Assembly (NCBI GenBank): GCA_958296105.1
Contig: OY282441.1
Coordinates: 2,984,773-3,048,772 of the forward strand
DNA length: 64,000 bases
Reading direction: 5' to 3'
Origin: an uncultured Dehalococcoidia bacterium
Lineage (GTDB): Bacteria; Chloroflexota; Dehalococcoidia; Lucifugimonadales; UBA1123
Under the pieces are notes generated by a model, which was not told the origin of the DNA, did no database searches, and saw only the letters and a list, made by a program, of their open reading frames with translations. The translations under genes and the position numbers were made by a program. Shown in pieces: positions 1-10,082 of this stretch (positions are counted from its first letter, which is position 1; every line of letters starts with the position of its first letter).

Positions 1-2469
1 TCAGCTGTTCTCCCTCACCGTCTGCCCCTTGTACTCCGCGAATCTGGCAGCCAGCGCGCTGTGCTTCGGGTCGGACAGGTCGCGGTCGAAGGCGAGCAGA
101 CGCACGGCCTCGCGGCGGGCTAGGGTGAGAATGTCCTGATCCGTGATCTGAGCGACCTTGAACGCGGGCAGCCCGCTCTGACGAGTGCCGAGATAGTCGC
201 CGGGACCGCGCAGCTTGAGGTCTTCTTCCGCCAGCTGGAAGCCGTCCGAGATGCGCTCCAGCAGCTTCAGCCGCCGCATCGCCTCCGCGCCCGGAGAGTC
301 GGACATCAGCAGACAGTGGCTCTGATGCTCGCCGCGCCCCACGCGCCCCCTGAACTGGTGCAGCTGCGACAGCCCGAACCTGTCGGCGCCGTCTATTAGC
401 ATGACCGTAGCATTCGGCACGTCTATCCCCACCTCCACGACCGGCGTGGAGACCAGGATGTCCAGCTCGCCGCTCTTGAACCGCCCCATCACCCCCTCCT
501 TCTCTTGGAGCGACATCCGACCGTGCAGGAGACCGATCGCCCTGTCCGGGTACACCTCTTTCGATAGACGTTCGTACTCCTCGTGCGCCGCTCGCGTCTG
601 GATAGCCTCCGATTCGTCTATGAGCGGGCATACCACGAACGCTTGGCGTCCAGCCTCGATCTCGTCTCGAACGAAGGCGTATGCCGCGTCTCGACGCTCG
701 CTCTCCACGAATCTGGTGCGTATCGTCTGCCTGCCCGGCGGCATCTCGTCTATCACCGAGACATCCAGATCCCCATAGACCGTCAGCGCCAGCGAGCGCG
801 GAATGGGCGTGGCGCTCATCGCCAGCACGTGCGGGCGCGCCCCCTTCTCCCGCAGAGCCGCCCTCTGAGCCACCCCGAACCTGTGCTGCTCGTCCACCAC
901 CGCCAGCGCGAGGTTTGGGATGTCCACCCCCTCTTGGATAAGCGCGTGCGTGCCTATCACTATGTCTATCATCCCCGCAGACAGGAAGCTGTAGAGATCG
1001 TCCTTCTCGCGCTTTCTGTGACCGCCCAGAAGCAGCGCGACAGTCACCTTGCGATCCGCCCCCGCCACGTCCAGCCGCTGGATGTACCCCCCCGCAGGCT
1101 GGAATCCGGGGCCGTCCAGAAGTCCGCACACCGTGAGAAAGTGCTGTTCGGCAAGTATCTCGGTGGGCGCCATCAGCGCCGCCTGCTTGCCGTTGTGTAC
1201 GGCGGCGAGCATCGCCGCCGCCGCCACGACCGTCTTGCCGCTTCCGACGTCGCCTTGCAGAAGACGGCTCATGGGCCTGTCGGATTCTATGTCGTTCAGC
1301 GCCTCCTTGAGCGACTTGGTTTGAGCGCGCGTCAGCTCGAACGGCAGCGACTTCAGAAAGGCGTCCATCGCCTCCGCGCCCACTTCCAGCGGAATTCCCA
1401 CACCCTCCGCCTTCCAATCGCTTCTGCGCTCCAGCACCGTCATCTGAAGCAGGAACAGCTCGTCGAACGCCAGCCGCCGCCGCGCCGCCGCCAGGCTGTC
1501 CCAGTCGTCCGGATAGTGCATCTGCCGAATGGCGTCTCTCAGCCCGATCAGCCCCGAACGGTGCAGAACGTCATCCGCCAGATACTCCTCCACCTGCTCG
1601 ATGCACCCAACGAGCGCGCGCCTGACGAGCGAGCGCAGCGCGCGCTGCGTCAGCCCCTTGGTGGACGGATACACCGGGACGAGCCTGCCGGTGTGAGCCA
1701 AGCCCTCGTCTTCATCGAGCGTCTCGCACTCCGGCCCCTGGAATACGAGACTGCCGCGAAAGACGCTCACCTTTCCGCTCAGGACTACCTGCGTCCCCGC
1801 CTTGAGATGGTTCGCCAGCCACGGGTTGCCGAACCAGACGGCGCGCACGCTGCCCGTCTCGTCGCCCAGAACCGCCTGAGTGGATTTCTGCCTTCCGAGC
1901 ATCGTCTGAGACGCCTCCCAGACGGTGAGCATGGCAGTCTGACCGTCTCCCGGCACGAGCTGAGCCACCGGCCTGATGCTGCTGAAGTCGTTGTGCCGAC
2001 CCGGAAACGCCTGAACGAGGTCGCCCACAGTCTCGATGCCCAGATTTCGCAGTCGGGGCAGGTTCTTCTTCGACACGCCCCGCATCTGAGATATGTCGTC
2101 CGAGAGGTTCATCGGAGGATCGGGAGGGCGCGGTTTTCTGGCAGCTCGCGGCGGGGCAGGGCGATAGCGCGGCGCGGCGGCTTTCTCTGCGATCTTCCCT
2201 GCGGAGGTCCGCCCAGCCGGAGACGCCGAAGCGCGCGCGGCGAGCGCCCCCCGCATCCTCTCCACGGCGCGCCCTGCCCAGTCCGCCCTCTGCTCCGGCG
2301 ACAGAGACGAGTAGGGCGAAGACCGCTCGATGAGCGTGCCGAGATGCGCGGCGCTGCGGTCGAGAAACCCATCCAGACCGCCAATGACCGCCCTGTTGTC
2401 GAAGCCGCGCGCGCGCTCCTGCCTCAACATGCTGTACAGAGATCGGATAGCCTGTTCGTTGTCGTCCAC
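1..2469 (-). CDS. recG: ATP-dependent DNA helicase RecG
   Basis: 822-aa ORF with Walker A GDVGSGKT, motif II VVDEQHRFG, SATPIPR, then a C-terminal helicase domain. Stop codon sits at window positions 1-3. Confidence 0.9.
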   Translation of the reverse strand: MDDNEQAIRSLYSMLRQERARGFDNRAVIGGLDGFLDRSAAHLGTLIERSSPYSSLSPEQRADWAGRAVERMRGALAARASASPAGRTSAGKIAEKAAAPRYRPAPPRAARKPRPPDPPMNLSDDISQMRGVSKKNLPRLRNLGIETVGDLVQAFPGRHNDFSSIRPVAQLVPGDGQTAMLTVWEASQTMLGRQKSTQAVLGDETGSVRAVWFGNPWLANHLKAGTQVVLSGKVSVFRGSLVFQGPECETLDEDEGLAHTGRLVPVYPSTKGLTQRALRSLVRRALVGCIEQVEEYLADDVLHRSGLIGLRDAIRQMHYPDDWDSLAAARRRLAFDELFLLQMTVLERRSDWKAEGVGIPLEVGAEAMDAFLKSLPFELTRAQTKSLKEALNDIESDRPMSRLLQGDVGSGKTVVAAAAMLAAVHNGKQAALMAPTEILAEQHFLTVCGLLDGPGFQPAGGYIQRLDVAGADRKVTVALLLGGHRKREKDDLYSFLSAGMIDIVIGTHALIQEGVDIPNLALAVVDEQHRFGVAQRAALREKGARPHVLAMSATPIPRSLALTVYGDLDVSVIDEMPPGRQTIRTRFVESERRDAAYAFVRDEIEAGRQAFVVCPLIDESEAIQTRAAHEEYERLSKEVYPDRAIGLLHGRMSLQEKEGVMGRFKSGELDILVSTPVVEVGIDVPNATVMLIDGADRFGLSQLHQFRGRVGRGEHQSHCLLMSDSPGAEAMRRLKLLERISDGFQLAEEDLKLRGPGDYLGTRQSGLPAFKVAQITDQDILTLARREAVRLLAFDRDLSDPKHSALAARFAEYKGQTVRENS

Positions 2470-2531
2470 GAGAGCGCCACTCCGCTGATCGAATATCCCC
2501 CTTTATACGGAGAAGATGGTTAGCGTGAAGG

Positions 2532-3377
2532 TTAATCCCCCGCGCTGAGCAGTACGATGCCGAGCGAGTTCGGGCCCACGTAGGTTCCGAGCGCAGGACC
2601 GAAACGGGCTGTAATCGGCGTTGCCGACCCTTCCACCAGCGACCCCAGCGACTCCGCTAGCTGGACGGCTTCGTCTGCATTGGTGCTGTACATGACGGCG
2701 GCGGTTTCGAGGGGCGCGAACTGCTCGGCGGTGCGCCGCAGACGAGCCATAGCCTTGCCGCGCGTGCGCTCCTTCGCCAGATCGTGAACCTCGCCGTCCT
2801 GCAAGATTATGAGCGGCTTTATGCGCAGCAGGCTTCCGATCATGCCGCGCGCCTTGCCTAGCCTGCCGCCCTTCACCAGATATTCCAGCGTGTCCAGCAG
2901 CGCGAAGCATTGGCTTCTGCGAATCGCGCTCGCGGCTATGGCTGCCACCTCCTCCACCGCTGCGCCCCTCTGCGCCGCGCGCGCGGCTTCTATGGCTACC
3001 AGCCCGCTCCCCATGGACGCCTGCTGAGTGTCCAGAATCTCTATCGGGCAGTCGAGCGCGGCTTGCTGCGCCCCTTGCCGCGCCGAGTTCATGGTGCCGC
3101 TCAGCTTGCCCGACACGTGGACGGACACGATGCCGTCCGCATCGGCGGCTGCCTGCGTGTAGGCGTCCCTGAACTCCCCTATCGACGGCTGAGACGTGGT
3201 CGGAAAGTCCGGGCCATTCAGCAGCTTGTCGAAAAATTCGTCAGCCGTCAGATCCACCCCGTCTTTGTAAGCCTCGTTGCCGAAGCGAACGTTTGCCGGC
3301 ACGACTGTTATGCCGAGATCTTCCACGATCTCGGACGGTAGATCCGCGGTGCTGTCTGTGACTACTCGAACGGCCAT
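2532..3377 (-). CDS. DegV family fatty-acid-binding protein
   Basis: 281 aa. N-terminus VRVVTDSTADLP and overall length are typical of the DegV family. Position next to yloV/recG matches the conserved cluster. Confidence 0.85.
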   Translation of the reverse strand: MAVRVVTDSTADLPSEIVEDLGITVVPANVRFGNEAYKDGVDLTADEFFDKLLNGPDFPTTSQPSIGEFRDAYTQAAADADGIVSVHVSGKLSGTMNSARQGAQQAALDCPIEILDTQQASMGSGLVAIEAARAAQRGAAVEEVAAIAASAIRRSQCFALLDTLEYLVKGGRLGKARGMIGSLLRIKPLIILQDGEVHDLAKERTRGKAMARLRRTAEQFAPLETAAVMYSTNADEAVQLAESLGSLVEGSATPITARFGPALGTYVGPNSLGIVLLSAGD

Positions 3378-3387
3378 GTGATTCTCC

Positions 3388-5016
3388 CTACTCTATTGAA
3401 AGGAACAGGTGATAGTGCGCCTGCCCCCCCTCTACTGCCTCGAACTCGATCTCCGGGAAGCTGCGCTTCGCCCACCGCGCCAGCGACTCCGCGCCCTGCG
3501 CGTCCATCGGCTGACCCCAGTACAGCGTCACCAGCTCGGAGTCGTCTTGAATCGCGCTGTTCAGCAGCCCCGTCAGCGTATCCTCCAGCGTGTCGGATGC
3601 GAACACCAGCTGATCGTCCAGCATGGCGGCAAGCTGACCCGCCTCTACCTCGACCCCCGGCTGTATCTCGGAGTCTCTGGAAGCTGAGAATATCGCGCCG
3701 CTGCGCACGTCGCCTAAGCGCTCCTCCATGTCTTCCGCCAGCCTGTCCAAAGACTTCCCCTCCGGGTACTCCCAGCCTGCGGCTATGCCCTGCGTTACGG
3801 TGCGGCTCGGAACGACTCGGACGGTCTTCGAAGACCTGTCCGCCGCCTGCCGCGCCGCCAAGATGATGTTCCTGTTGTTCGGGAGTATCACCACCCCGTC
3901 TGTGGGAGCGTCCTCGATGGCGCGCAGCAGATCGCCCACACTTGGATTCATCGTATCGCCGCCGCTCACCAGATTCTCTATGCCCTGATCCCTGAAGATG
4001 CGCTCCAGCCCCGATCCCTGCACCACCGCGACCACGCTCGGGTCGTCCTGCGCAAGCTCGGCGCGACGGTCTGACGAGTAGCGCTCTCGCTGCTCGTCCA
4101 TGTCCTGAATGTTCCGATTGCCGACCTCGCCCAGCCCTTCGCCATACTCCACCACCTCGCCGGGTTCGGAGGTGTGAACGTGAACCCGCACCACAGCATC
4201 GTTCCCGATGACGACCGGAGAGTCTCCAAGCTCCATCAGGCGGCGCATGATGGCGTCTTTGTCCAGCCCGCTTCCGTGGATGACGAACTGAGTGCAGAAG
4301 CCGTACTCCTCCTCTTCTATCTCGTCGAGGAAGGCGGCGGATATGTTCCCGTCGTCGGCAGCTGGCTGAGGAGGTACGAACTCCTCGTCCAGCGCGCCCG
4401 CGCCCGTCACGTGGCGGCGCATCCCTTCGAGCATGACGTAGAAGCCGTAGCCGCCGGAATCCACCAGCCCCGCCCTGTACAGAACCGCCAGCATCGTAGG
4501 CGTTCTGGCTGTGGTATCCAGCGCAGCCTCGCACACTGCCCCCAGCACCTGCGCCAGATCGTCCGAGTCCGCCTCCTGCGCCGCGTCCGCAGACTCGCGC
4601 ATGACGGTCAGGATCGTTCCCTCGCGCGGATGGCCAATGCCGCCGTATGCGTGGACGGACGCTGAAGCCAGCGATCTGGCAAGCTCCCGCCCGCCGAAGT
4701 CGTCGCACCCGTCCAGCGCCTCCGCCATGCCCGCGAAGAACAGCGACAGCAGAACGCCGCTGTTGCCCCTGCCGCCGTCCAGCGCCGCGTCCGCCATGAC
4801 GCGCGAAGTCTCGCCCACGGAGGCGGCGGCGCGCGGCAGCGAGTTGTCCACCACGTCCAGCAGCGTCAGGTACATGTTCGTGCCGGTGTCCCCGTCCGGC
4901 ACCGGAAACACGTTCAGCCGATTGATCTCCGGCACGTTGGCTTGAAGCAGATCCAGCGCCGATGCGAACATCGAAACCAGACCCAGCCCGTCGTATCTCT
5001 TCTCAGTAACAGTCAT
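3388..5016 (-). CDS. DAK2 domain-containing protein (YloV-like)
   Basis: DAK2 motif NVFPVPDGDTGTNM near the N-terminus and a YloV-type C-terminal half. Start placed at ATG 5016 (MTVTEKRYDG). The ORF is open up to 5121, so the start is uncertain. Confidence 0.8.
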   Translation of the reverse strand: MTVTEKRYDGLGLVSMFASALDLLQANVPEINRLNVFPVPDGDTGTNMYLTLLDVVDNSLPRAAASVGETSRVMADAALDGGRGNSGVLLSLFFAGMAEALDGCDDFGGRELARSLASASVHAYGGIGHPREGTILTVMRESADAAQEADSDDLAQVLGAVCEAALDTTARTPTMLAVLYRAGLVDSGGYGFYVMLEGMRRHVTGAGALDEEFVPPQPAADDGNISAAFLDEIEEEEYGFCTQFVIHGSGLDKDAIMRRLMELGDSPVVIGNDAVVRVHVHTSEPGEVVEYGEGLGEVGNRNIQDMDEQRERYSSDRRAELAQDDPSVVAVVQGSGLERIFRDQGIENLVSGGDTMNPSVGDLLRAIEDAPTDGVVILPNNRNIILAARQAADRSSKTVRVVPSRTVTQGIAAGWEYPEGKSLDRLAEDMEERLGDVRSGAIFSASRDSEIQPGVEVEAGQLAAMLDDQLVFASDTLEDTLTGLLNSAIQDDSELVTLYWGQPMDAQGAESLARWAKRSFPEIEFEAVEGGQAHYHLFLSIE

Positions 5017-5147
5017 TACTCGATCCGTTTGCCCGCCCATTCGCGCGTATGCTAAGGTTTCACTGCTCGGTCTGTCTCGGCTTCTTGGATATTGGAGGCG
5101 TATCGAGCCAATTGTAATCAAGGGCAGAGATACAGTAAAGGTTGATC

Positions 5148-5339
5148 ATGGCAAGATGTCAGCTGTGTAACAAGGCAGGACAGTCTGGGAACAACGTCAG
5201 CCACTCCAAGAGACGCACGCGCACGCGCTGGTTCGCCAACGTGCAGAGGACGACCATCGTCAGAGACGGCAAGGCTCGGAGGATGTACGTCTGCACGCGC
5301 TGCCTCAGAACCGAGTACAAGACCACCATGCGCGGCTGA
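5148..5339 (+). CDS. rpmB: 50S ribosomal protein L28
   Basis: MARCQLCNKAGQSGNNVSHSKRRTRTRW... is the classic L28 N-terminus. 63 aa. Confidence 0.9.
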   Translation: MARCQLCNKAGQSGNNVSHSKRRTRTRWFANVQRTTIVRDGKARRMYVCTRCLRTEYKTTMRG

Positions 5340-5554
5340 CGCCCGGCGCGCCCTGTCACTCCCCCGCCTGTTCGTTTGGGGGCGGCCCTCGCGCCCCGCT
5401 TCTGGTTCCGCCCTCGTCCAGAGGTTGCGGAAGCGCGATTTTCTCCCTTCTCATTGACACTGACTATCGCCAAAGCTACCATATCCGAAGTGAGTTCTGA
5501 CTAAGAACACAGATTCACAATGCCGCGCGAGCGCTGAAAACCGTGGAGCGAGAG

Positions 5555-6529
5555 ATGGCAGAGTACACCAAGACCGAAGCGATGGACTGGGCGCGAGAGA
5601 ACCTTCGCGGACAGTGGACGACTCTTATGACTCCATTCACTCCCGATGACGAGATAGACGAAGACGGCTTGCGCGCCAACATCGCCCACGTCCGTTCACT
5701 CGGCAGCCACGGCGCAGGCTGCACCTGGGGCATGGGAGAGTTCTGGAGCCTCACCCGAGAAGAGCGCCTCAGCGTCTACGACATCGTGGCTGAGGAGTCC
5801 GCGGGCGAGTGGCCCATCGGCGCCCACGTCTCCCACACCTCCGCCAAGTCCATGCTCGATCTGGCGAAGCACGCCGAGGGCGTTGGCTTCGACCTGCTCA
5901 TAGTGGCTGCGCCGTACTTCGTCACCAACACAGAGGATCAGGTGGTCGATTGGGTGAAGCTGCTCGCCGAGAACACCGATCTCGGCATCATGTACTACAA
6001 CTCGCCGCAGTTCGGCGCGATCATGGGCGCCCAGGCCCTCCAGCGCATATGCCGGATACCCAACGTAGTGGGCGTGAAGGAAGCCAGCTTCGACCCCGAG
6101 CTCTCCATCGAGACCCACCAGCTGGTCGGACGCGACGCCATAATAAGCACCCCAGACGAGTGGATACTGTTCAAGGGGCGCGAGCTGGGGTTCGAGCAGC
6201 AGGTGATGTTCGCCAACACGTCCGACTGGCGCTTCGACACGCCGGAGAAGAACTACTACGTCCAGTTCATAGACAGGGCGATGCGCGGCGATCTGGACGA
6301 CGATTTCTACGCCACCCACGTCAAGCCCATCAAGCAGGTGTCGGATAAGTGGTGGGCGTACACCGTCCAGAAGTTCGGCGGGGCGCTCCCGGCGTCTATG
6401 TGCAAGTATTGGGGCGAGCTGATGGGGCTGGCTGGCGGCCACGTGCGCCCGCCGCTGGCAGATCTCGACGAAGAGGAGAAGGCAGAGCTCGGCTCGGACG
6501 TAGAAGAGGCGCTCTCGCAGATGCCCTGA
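5555..6529 (+). CDS. Dihydrodipicolinate synthase/N-acetylneuraminate lyase family aldolase (DapA-like)
   Basis: ~324 aa. LRGQWTTLMTPFTPDDEIDEDGL... is the typical DHDPS-family N-terminus. GGAGCGAGAG SD precedes ATG 5555. Specific substrate unknown. Confidence 0.7.
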   Translation: MAEYTKTEAMDWARENLRGQWTTLMTPFTPDDEIDEDGLRANIAHVRSLGSHGAGCTWGMGEFWSLTREERLSVYDIVAEESAGEWPIGAHVSHTSAKSMLDLAKHAEGVGFDLLIVAAPYFVTNTEDQVVDWVKLLAENTDLGIMYYNSPQFGAIMGAQALQRICRIPNVVGVKEASFDPELSIETHQLVGRDAIISTPDEWILFKGRELGFEQQVMFANTSDWRFDTPEKNYYVQFIDRAMRGDLDDDFYATHVKPIKQVSDKWWAYTVQKFGGALPASMCKYWGELMGLAGGHVRPPLADLDEEEKAELGSDVEEALSQMP

Positions 6530-6693
6530 TTCCCCATTGCAGCCCAAATGCCAGAGGCGCATCCACCCAGTGGCGGACGCGCCTCATGCGTGTGCGCCGT
6601 GCCGTGCTATATAATCTATAATAGATGATAGCGTGTGCATCAGATATGTATGAGAACAGCCCTAAACAGAGTATCAGCCCGAGGTGATTACGT

Positions 6694-7692
6694 ATGTTGC
6701 TCATGGTAAGCGTTCAGAATCTGGAAGAGGCTATAGAGGCTCTTCACGGCGGCGCGGACATAGTCGACGTAAAGAACCTTCAGGAGGCGCTCGTCGGCTC
6801 TGCGCACCCGCTCACGGTCAAGGCGGTTAGAGACGCCATCCCCGGCTCGCGCCACGCCAGCGTTACGCTGGGCGTCGTCCCCAATCAGGCGGGAACAGTG
6901 GCGATGGCAGTGTACGCCGCCGGCATACTGGACGCCACCTCCGTAAAAGTGGGCTTCATGCGAACCGAGTACGAGCAGGCAGTGGAGACCCTGCTGGAGT
7001 GCCGCGAGGCGCTGAACGGATTCGACACCAAGCTGATCGGCTCGCTGTTCGCAGACAACCCACTGTACGACGGACTGGAAGCGGACCACATGATCGACCT
7101 CGCCGAGGCGGGCAAGTGCGATGGCTGGCTCATCGACACCCTCACCAAAGACGGCAGAAACCTGTTCGACTTCATGCCCGAATCGCAGCTCAGAGACATG
7201 GTCCTGTCCGGCAAGAACGCCGGCATGTCCACCGCGCTGTCAGGCCACCTGAAGATGGACGACCTAGACGAGCTTGCGCGCATCAACCCGGATATCGTGG
7301 GCGTTCGCGGCGCCGTGTGCCAGAAGGGCGACAGAGTAGCGGCAGTACACAGGGACGCCGTGGGCGAGTTCAGCCGACAGCTCGATTTGCGCGAGACCGG
7401 GCAGATCAGCGTGCGCGAGGCTCACATCATGGCAGGAGACGGAGCGAACGGAAGCGCGTCCGCAGACTCCGGCGGATGGGTCGTCATAGACGGCTCTGGC
7501 AAGACCTGCGCGGGAATCCTCGCCGCCCTCAACGCCCAGATCGAGCAGGACTCCTACTCCTTCATCGAAGTCATCATCCCAGACGTGCTGAACACCTACG
7601 ACGTGGTCGTATGGGCAGAGGAGCGCAGCCACAGCGTGCTGACCCAGCGCCGCGACGCCACAGGCGCAACCAGAATGCTGATAAAGCCCTGA
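6694..7692 (+). CDS. MfnB-like (DUF556, (5-formylfuran-3-yl)methyl phosphate synthase family) enzyme fused to a C-terminal TusA/SirA-like domain
   Basis: The N-terminal ~240 aa align by eye along their length with archaeal MfnB (GGADIVDVKN with the Schiff-base Lys, IDT..KDG, PDIVGVRGAVCQKGDR). The last ~75 aa (IDGSGKTCAG...VIIPDVLNTYDVVVWAEE...MLIKP) follow the TusA pattern. GAGGTGA SD lies before the ATG. Confidence 0.7.
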   Translation: MLLMVSVQNLEEAIEALHGGADIVDVKNLQEALVGSAHPLTVKAVRDAIPGSRHASVTLGVVPNQAGTVAMAVYAAGILDATSVKVGFMRTEYEQAVETLLECREALNGFDTKLIGSLFADNPLYDGLEADHMIDLAEAGKCDGWLIDTLTKDGRNLFDFMPESQLRDMVLSGKNAGMSTALSGHLKMDDLDELARINPDIVGVRGAVCQKGDRVAAVHRDAVGEFSRQLDLRETGQISVREAHIMAGDGANGSASADSGGWVVIDGSGKTCAGILAALNAQIEQDSYSFIEVIIPDVLNTYDVVVWAEERSHSVLTQRRDATGATRMLIKP

Positions 7693-7829
7693 GCGCTCCG
7701 CCCGAACGGGCATGGCTGACGGGATGTCTAGGCGGTTCGCAATCCGCCTCGTCCGGTCGCGTTTTCCGCGCTTGTCTTGTTGCGAGGCACTATGCCCCGT
7801 GCTACGATAAATCTTGTAACCGTCTAATA

Positions 7830-8138
7830 ATGGGGGTGTTGGTGGATACAGTTTCAAATATCGCTACCATAGTCGGATTGGTTAGGGATATTCTTCTGCT
7901 GCTGTTGCTGGCGGTCGCGCTCGTAACGCTCTTGTTGCTGGCGGCCATGATCAGGAAGCTTTTTGCCACCGTAGGAGACACTGCGGAGACGGTTCAGGAA
8001 GCGGTCAAGAAAATTTCCGAAAACGTAGTAGAACCTGCGACCTCCAACACCGGCGCGGCGCGCAACGCGGGCCGTATGGCAGGGTTCCTGCTGGGAATCT
8101 TCAGCGGCAGAGGCCGCAAGAACCACAATCGAAGTTAG
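7830..8138 (+). CDS. Small membrane protein (DUF948-like)
   Basis: 102 aa: N-terminal TM (ILLLLLLAVALVTLLLLAAMI), then a helical tail. Lies in-frame at the end of a much longer spurious ORF (6999..8138) and directly precedes the ytxH-like gene. Confidence 0.5.
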   Translation: MGVLVDTVSNIATIVGLVRDILLLLLLAVALVTLLLLAAMIRKLFATVGDTAETVQEAVKKISENVVEPATSNTGAARNAGRMAGFLLGIFSGRGRKNHNRS

Positions 8139-8149
8139 GAGAGTGTAAA

Positions 8150-8689
8150 ATGGCGAATGACAACTGTGGCGGAGGATTCGTCCTCGGCCTTTTCGTAGGC
8201 GGCGTTATCGGCGGAATGGTAGGCTTGCTTCTGGCGCCCAAGTCAGGCTCGGAGACCCGCGCCGAGCTAAGAGAGATCGGCGAGTCTTGGAGGACGCGCG
8301 CGGATGAGATGGCAGCCGAAGTTCGCAGCCGCGGAATGCCAGAGTTCACTGACGTCGGCCAGAGAGTCGGCCCAGCAGTGGATTCTCTAAGAGCGCGCGG
8401 GGCTTCTACGGTGGAGACCGTGCGCGAGGCAGGCAGCAGCGCGATGGCAAGCGCGCAAGAAAGCGTGGAAGCTGTACGCTCCAGAATCGGCGACGGGCAT
8501 CAGCCGCCGCCGGCGACCAACGCGGATGCGAGCATAGCGGATGCCGACGCAGGCGCGCAGGCGCAGGAGGCATCGGGCGGCGTAGGCACGCAGGAGGCGC
8601 CGAGCGTGGGCGCGCAGGAGGCGGCCGGCGGAGACGTGGCAACCAACGGCTCCGCACAGCAGCCGCCCCCTGGCGGCGCAACCGCGTAG
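8150..8689 (+). CDS. YtxH domain-containing protein
   Basis: N-terminus GFVLGLFVGGVIGGMVGLLLAPKSGSETRAEL is the YtxH signature. Low-complexity C-terminal tail. Confidence 0.75.
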   Translation: MANDNCGGGFVLGLFVGGVIGGMVGLLLAPKSGSETRAELREIGESWRTRADEMAAEVRSRGMPEFTDVGQRVGPAVDSLRARGASTVETVREAGSSAMASAQESVEAVRSRIGDGHQPPPATNADASIADADAGAQAQEASGGVGTQEAPSVGAQEAAGGDVATNGSAQQPPPGGATA

Positions 8690-8721
8690 CGAGTTCGCCC
8701 TCGGATTCCATCGAAACAACA

Positions 8722-8790
8722 GGGGCTGGATCGCGCGATCCAGCCCTTGGAATTCTCAGAAGCCGTCGGATCCCGAGTCCGACGGCTTCT
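8722..8790. terminator. Two strong hairpins between convergent ytxH-like and pheA genes (possible bidirectional terminators)
   Basis: GGGCTGGATCG/CGATCCAGCCC at 8723-8746 and AGAAGCCGTCGGA-N7-TCCGACGGCTTCT at 8758-8790. U-tracts are weak. Confidence 0.4.
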
Positions 8791-8795
8791 GACCC

Positions 8796-9629
8796 CTACT
8801 CCAGCGCCTCCGCTCTTGGGTAAGACCCCAGTATCTTGAACATGGACGCGCGCGCCTCCACGCCAGCCAGCGCGTCCCTGACCACCGCGTCGTCCCTGTG
8901 TCCCTCCACGTCTATCAGAAAGACGTATCTCCCCAGGCTCCTCCTGTCGGGGCGGGACTCTATCTTGATCATGTTCACACTGCGAGACGCAAGCTCCCCC
9001 AGCGTATCGTACAGAATGCCCGGCGCATCCTCCGAGAAATCGAAGCATATAGAGGTTCTGTCGTAGCCCGTGCGCCGCCCGTCCTTGGCAGCCAGCGCCA
9101 CGAAGCGCGTCTGGTTGTTGGATACGTCCTCTATATTGGACTCCACGATGTTGGCATCCAGTATATCCGCAGCCCTCCGACTCGAAATGGCTGCTGCCGG
9201 GTGGCGGCTCTTGCGCATGTCCTCGATCGCGCTCGCCGTGCTGAGAGATGCCACGTGTTCGGCGTCCGGCAGCTGCCTGCTCAGATAGCTTCTGCACTGC
9301 GCTATCGCCTGCGGATGAGAGTACACCACGCGCACGTCCTCGATTCTGGTATCCGGCTGGGCGAGCAGACAGTGGTGAATCGCCACCACCACCTCGCCCT
9401 TGATCTTCAGCTTCGACTGGTGTATCAGCAGATCCACCGTGAACGTCACCGTCCCTTCGAGACTGTTCTCGATTGGGACGATAGCCTCGTCCACCTCCCC
9501 CTCGTCGGCGGATCTGACCACGGCGGGAATGCTGCTGTACGCCACGTGCGCCGCTTCGGGAGCGTAGTCGACCGCCGCCTCCTCGCTGTATGTTCCCGGA
9601 GGGCCGAGGTACGCCAGCCTGATACCCAT
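8796..9629 (-). CDS. pheA: Prephenate dehydratase
   Basis: 277 aa. YLGPPGTYSEEA and PIENSLEGTV PDT-domain motifs plus a C-terminal ACT domain (IESRPDRR). Confidence 0.85.
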   Translation of the reverse strand: MGIRLAYLGPPGTYSEEAAVDYAPEAAHVAYSSIPAVVRSADEGEVDEAIVPIENSLEGTVTFTVDLLIHQSKLKIKGEVVVAIHHCLLAQPDTRIEDVRVVYSHPQAIAQCRSYLSRQLPDAEHVASLSTASAIEDMRKSRHPAAAISSRRAADILDANIVESNIEDVSNNQTRFVALAAKDGRRTGYDRTSICFDFSEDAPGILYDTLGELASRSVNMIKIESRPDRRSLGRYVFLIDVEGHRDDAVVRDALAGVEARASMFKILGSYPRAEALE

Positions 9630-10058
9630 TTAGTGGCCTCCGATCTCCTCAGCGAGCATGTGTCCCAAGTTCTCTTGGAACGCCTCCACGAAAATTCCAG
9701 TCACGTCCAGAGACACGTCCACCCCGAGCCTGTCGAACAGGTCCACATGCTCCGATACGTTGATAGCCGCCATCACCCTCTCGACCTCGAACAGGTGCTT
9801 TGCCATCTGGCAGATCACCAGATTCTCGTCGTCCCTGCGCCCTGTGACGATCAGCGTCTGCGCGCGCGCCGCGCCCGCCCGTCTCAGCACACTGTATTCG
9901 GTGGCGTCTCCATGCACCGCCACACTGCCAAGCTCGTCTTCTACGCTCGCGCAGCGGATGGGGTCGCGGTCTACCACCGTAACCTCCTGCTCGGCTTCCA
10001 GCAGCCACCGCGCGATGGCGGTTCCGACTCTTCCCGCTCCAACTATGATGGCGTACAT
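9630..10058 (-). CDS. TrkA-N (RCK N-terminal) NAD-binding protein
   Basis: MYAIIVGAGRVGTAIARWL Rossmann GxGxxG. 142 aa single-domain protein. Confidence 0.7.
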   Translation of the reverse strand: MYAIIVGAGRVGTAIARWLLEAEQEVTVVDRDPIRCASVEDELGSVAVHGDATEYSVLRRAGAARAQTLIVTGRRDDENLVICQMAKHLFEVERVMAAINVSEHVDLFDRLGVDVSLDVTGIFVEAFQENLGHMLAEEIGGH

Positions 10059-10082
10059 CGCATCCGTGCCACACGCGCCCCG

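Noticed and set aside
583-2523. 646-aa ORF on the plus strand, plus smaller ORFs at 401-1324.
   Set aside because: It is entirely antisense to the well-supported recG gene. Its Arg/His/Pro/Leu-rich, motif-free translation is typical of shadow frames in GC-rich DNA.
3362-4708. 448-aa minus-strand ORF rich in Gly/Arg.
   Set aside because: It is an alternative frame of the DAK2/YloV gene. The YloV frame carries the conserved motifs and this one has none.
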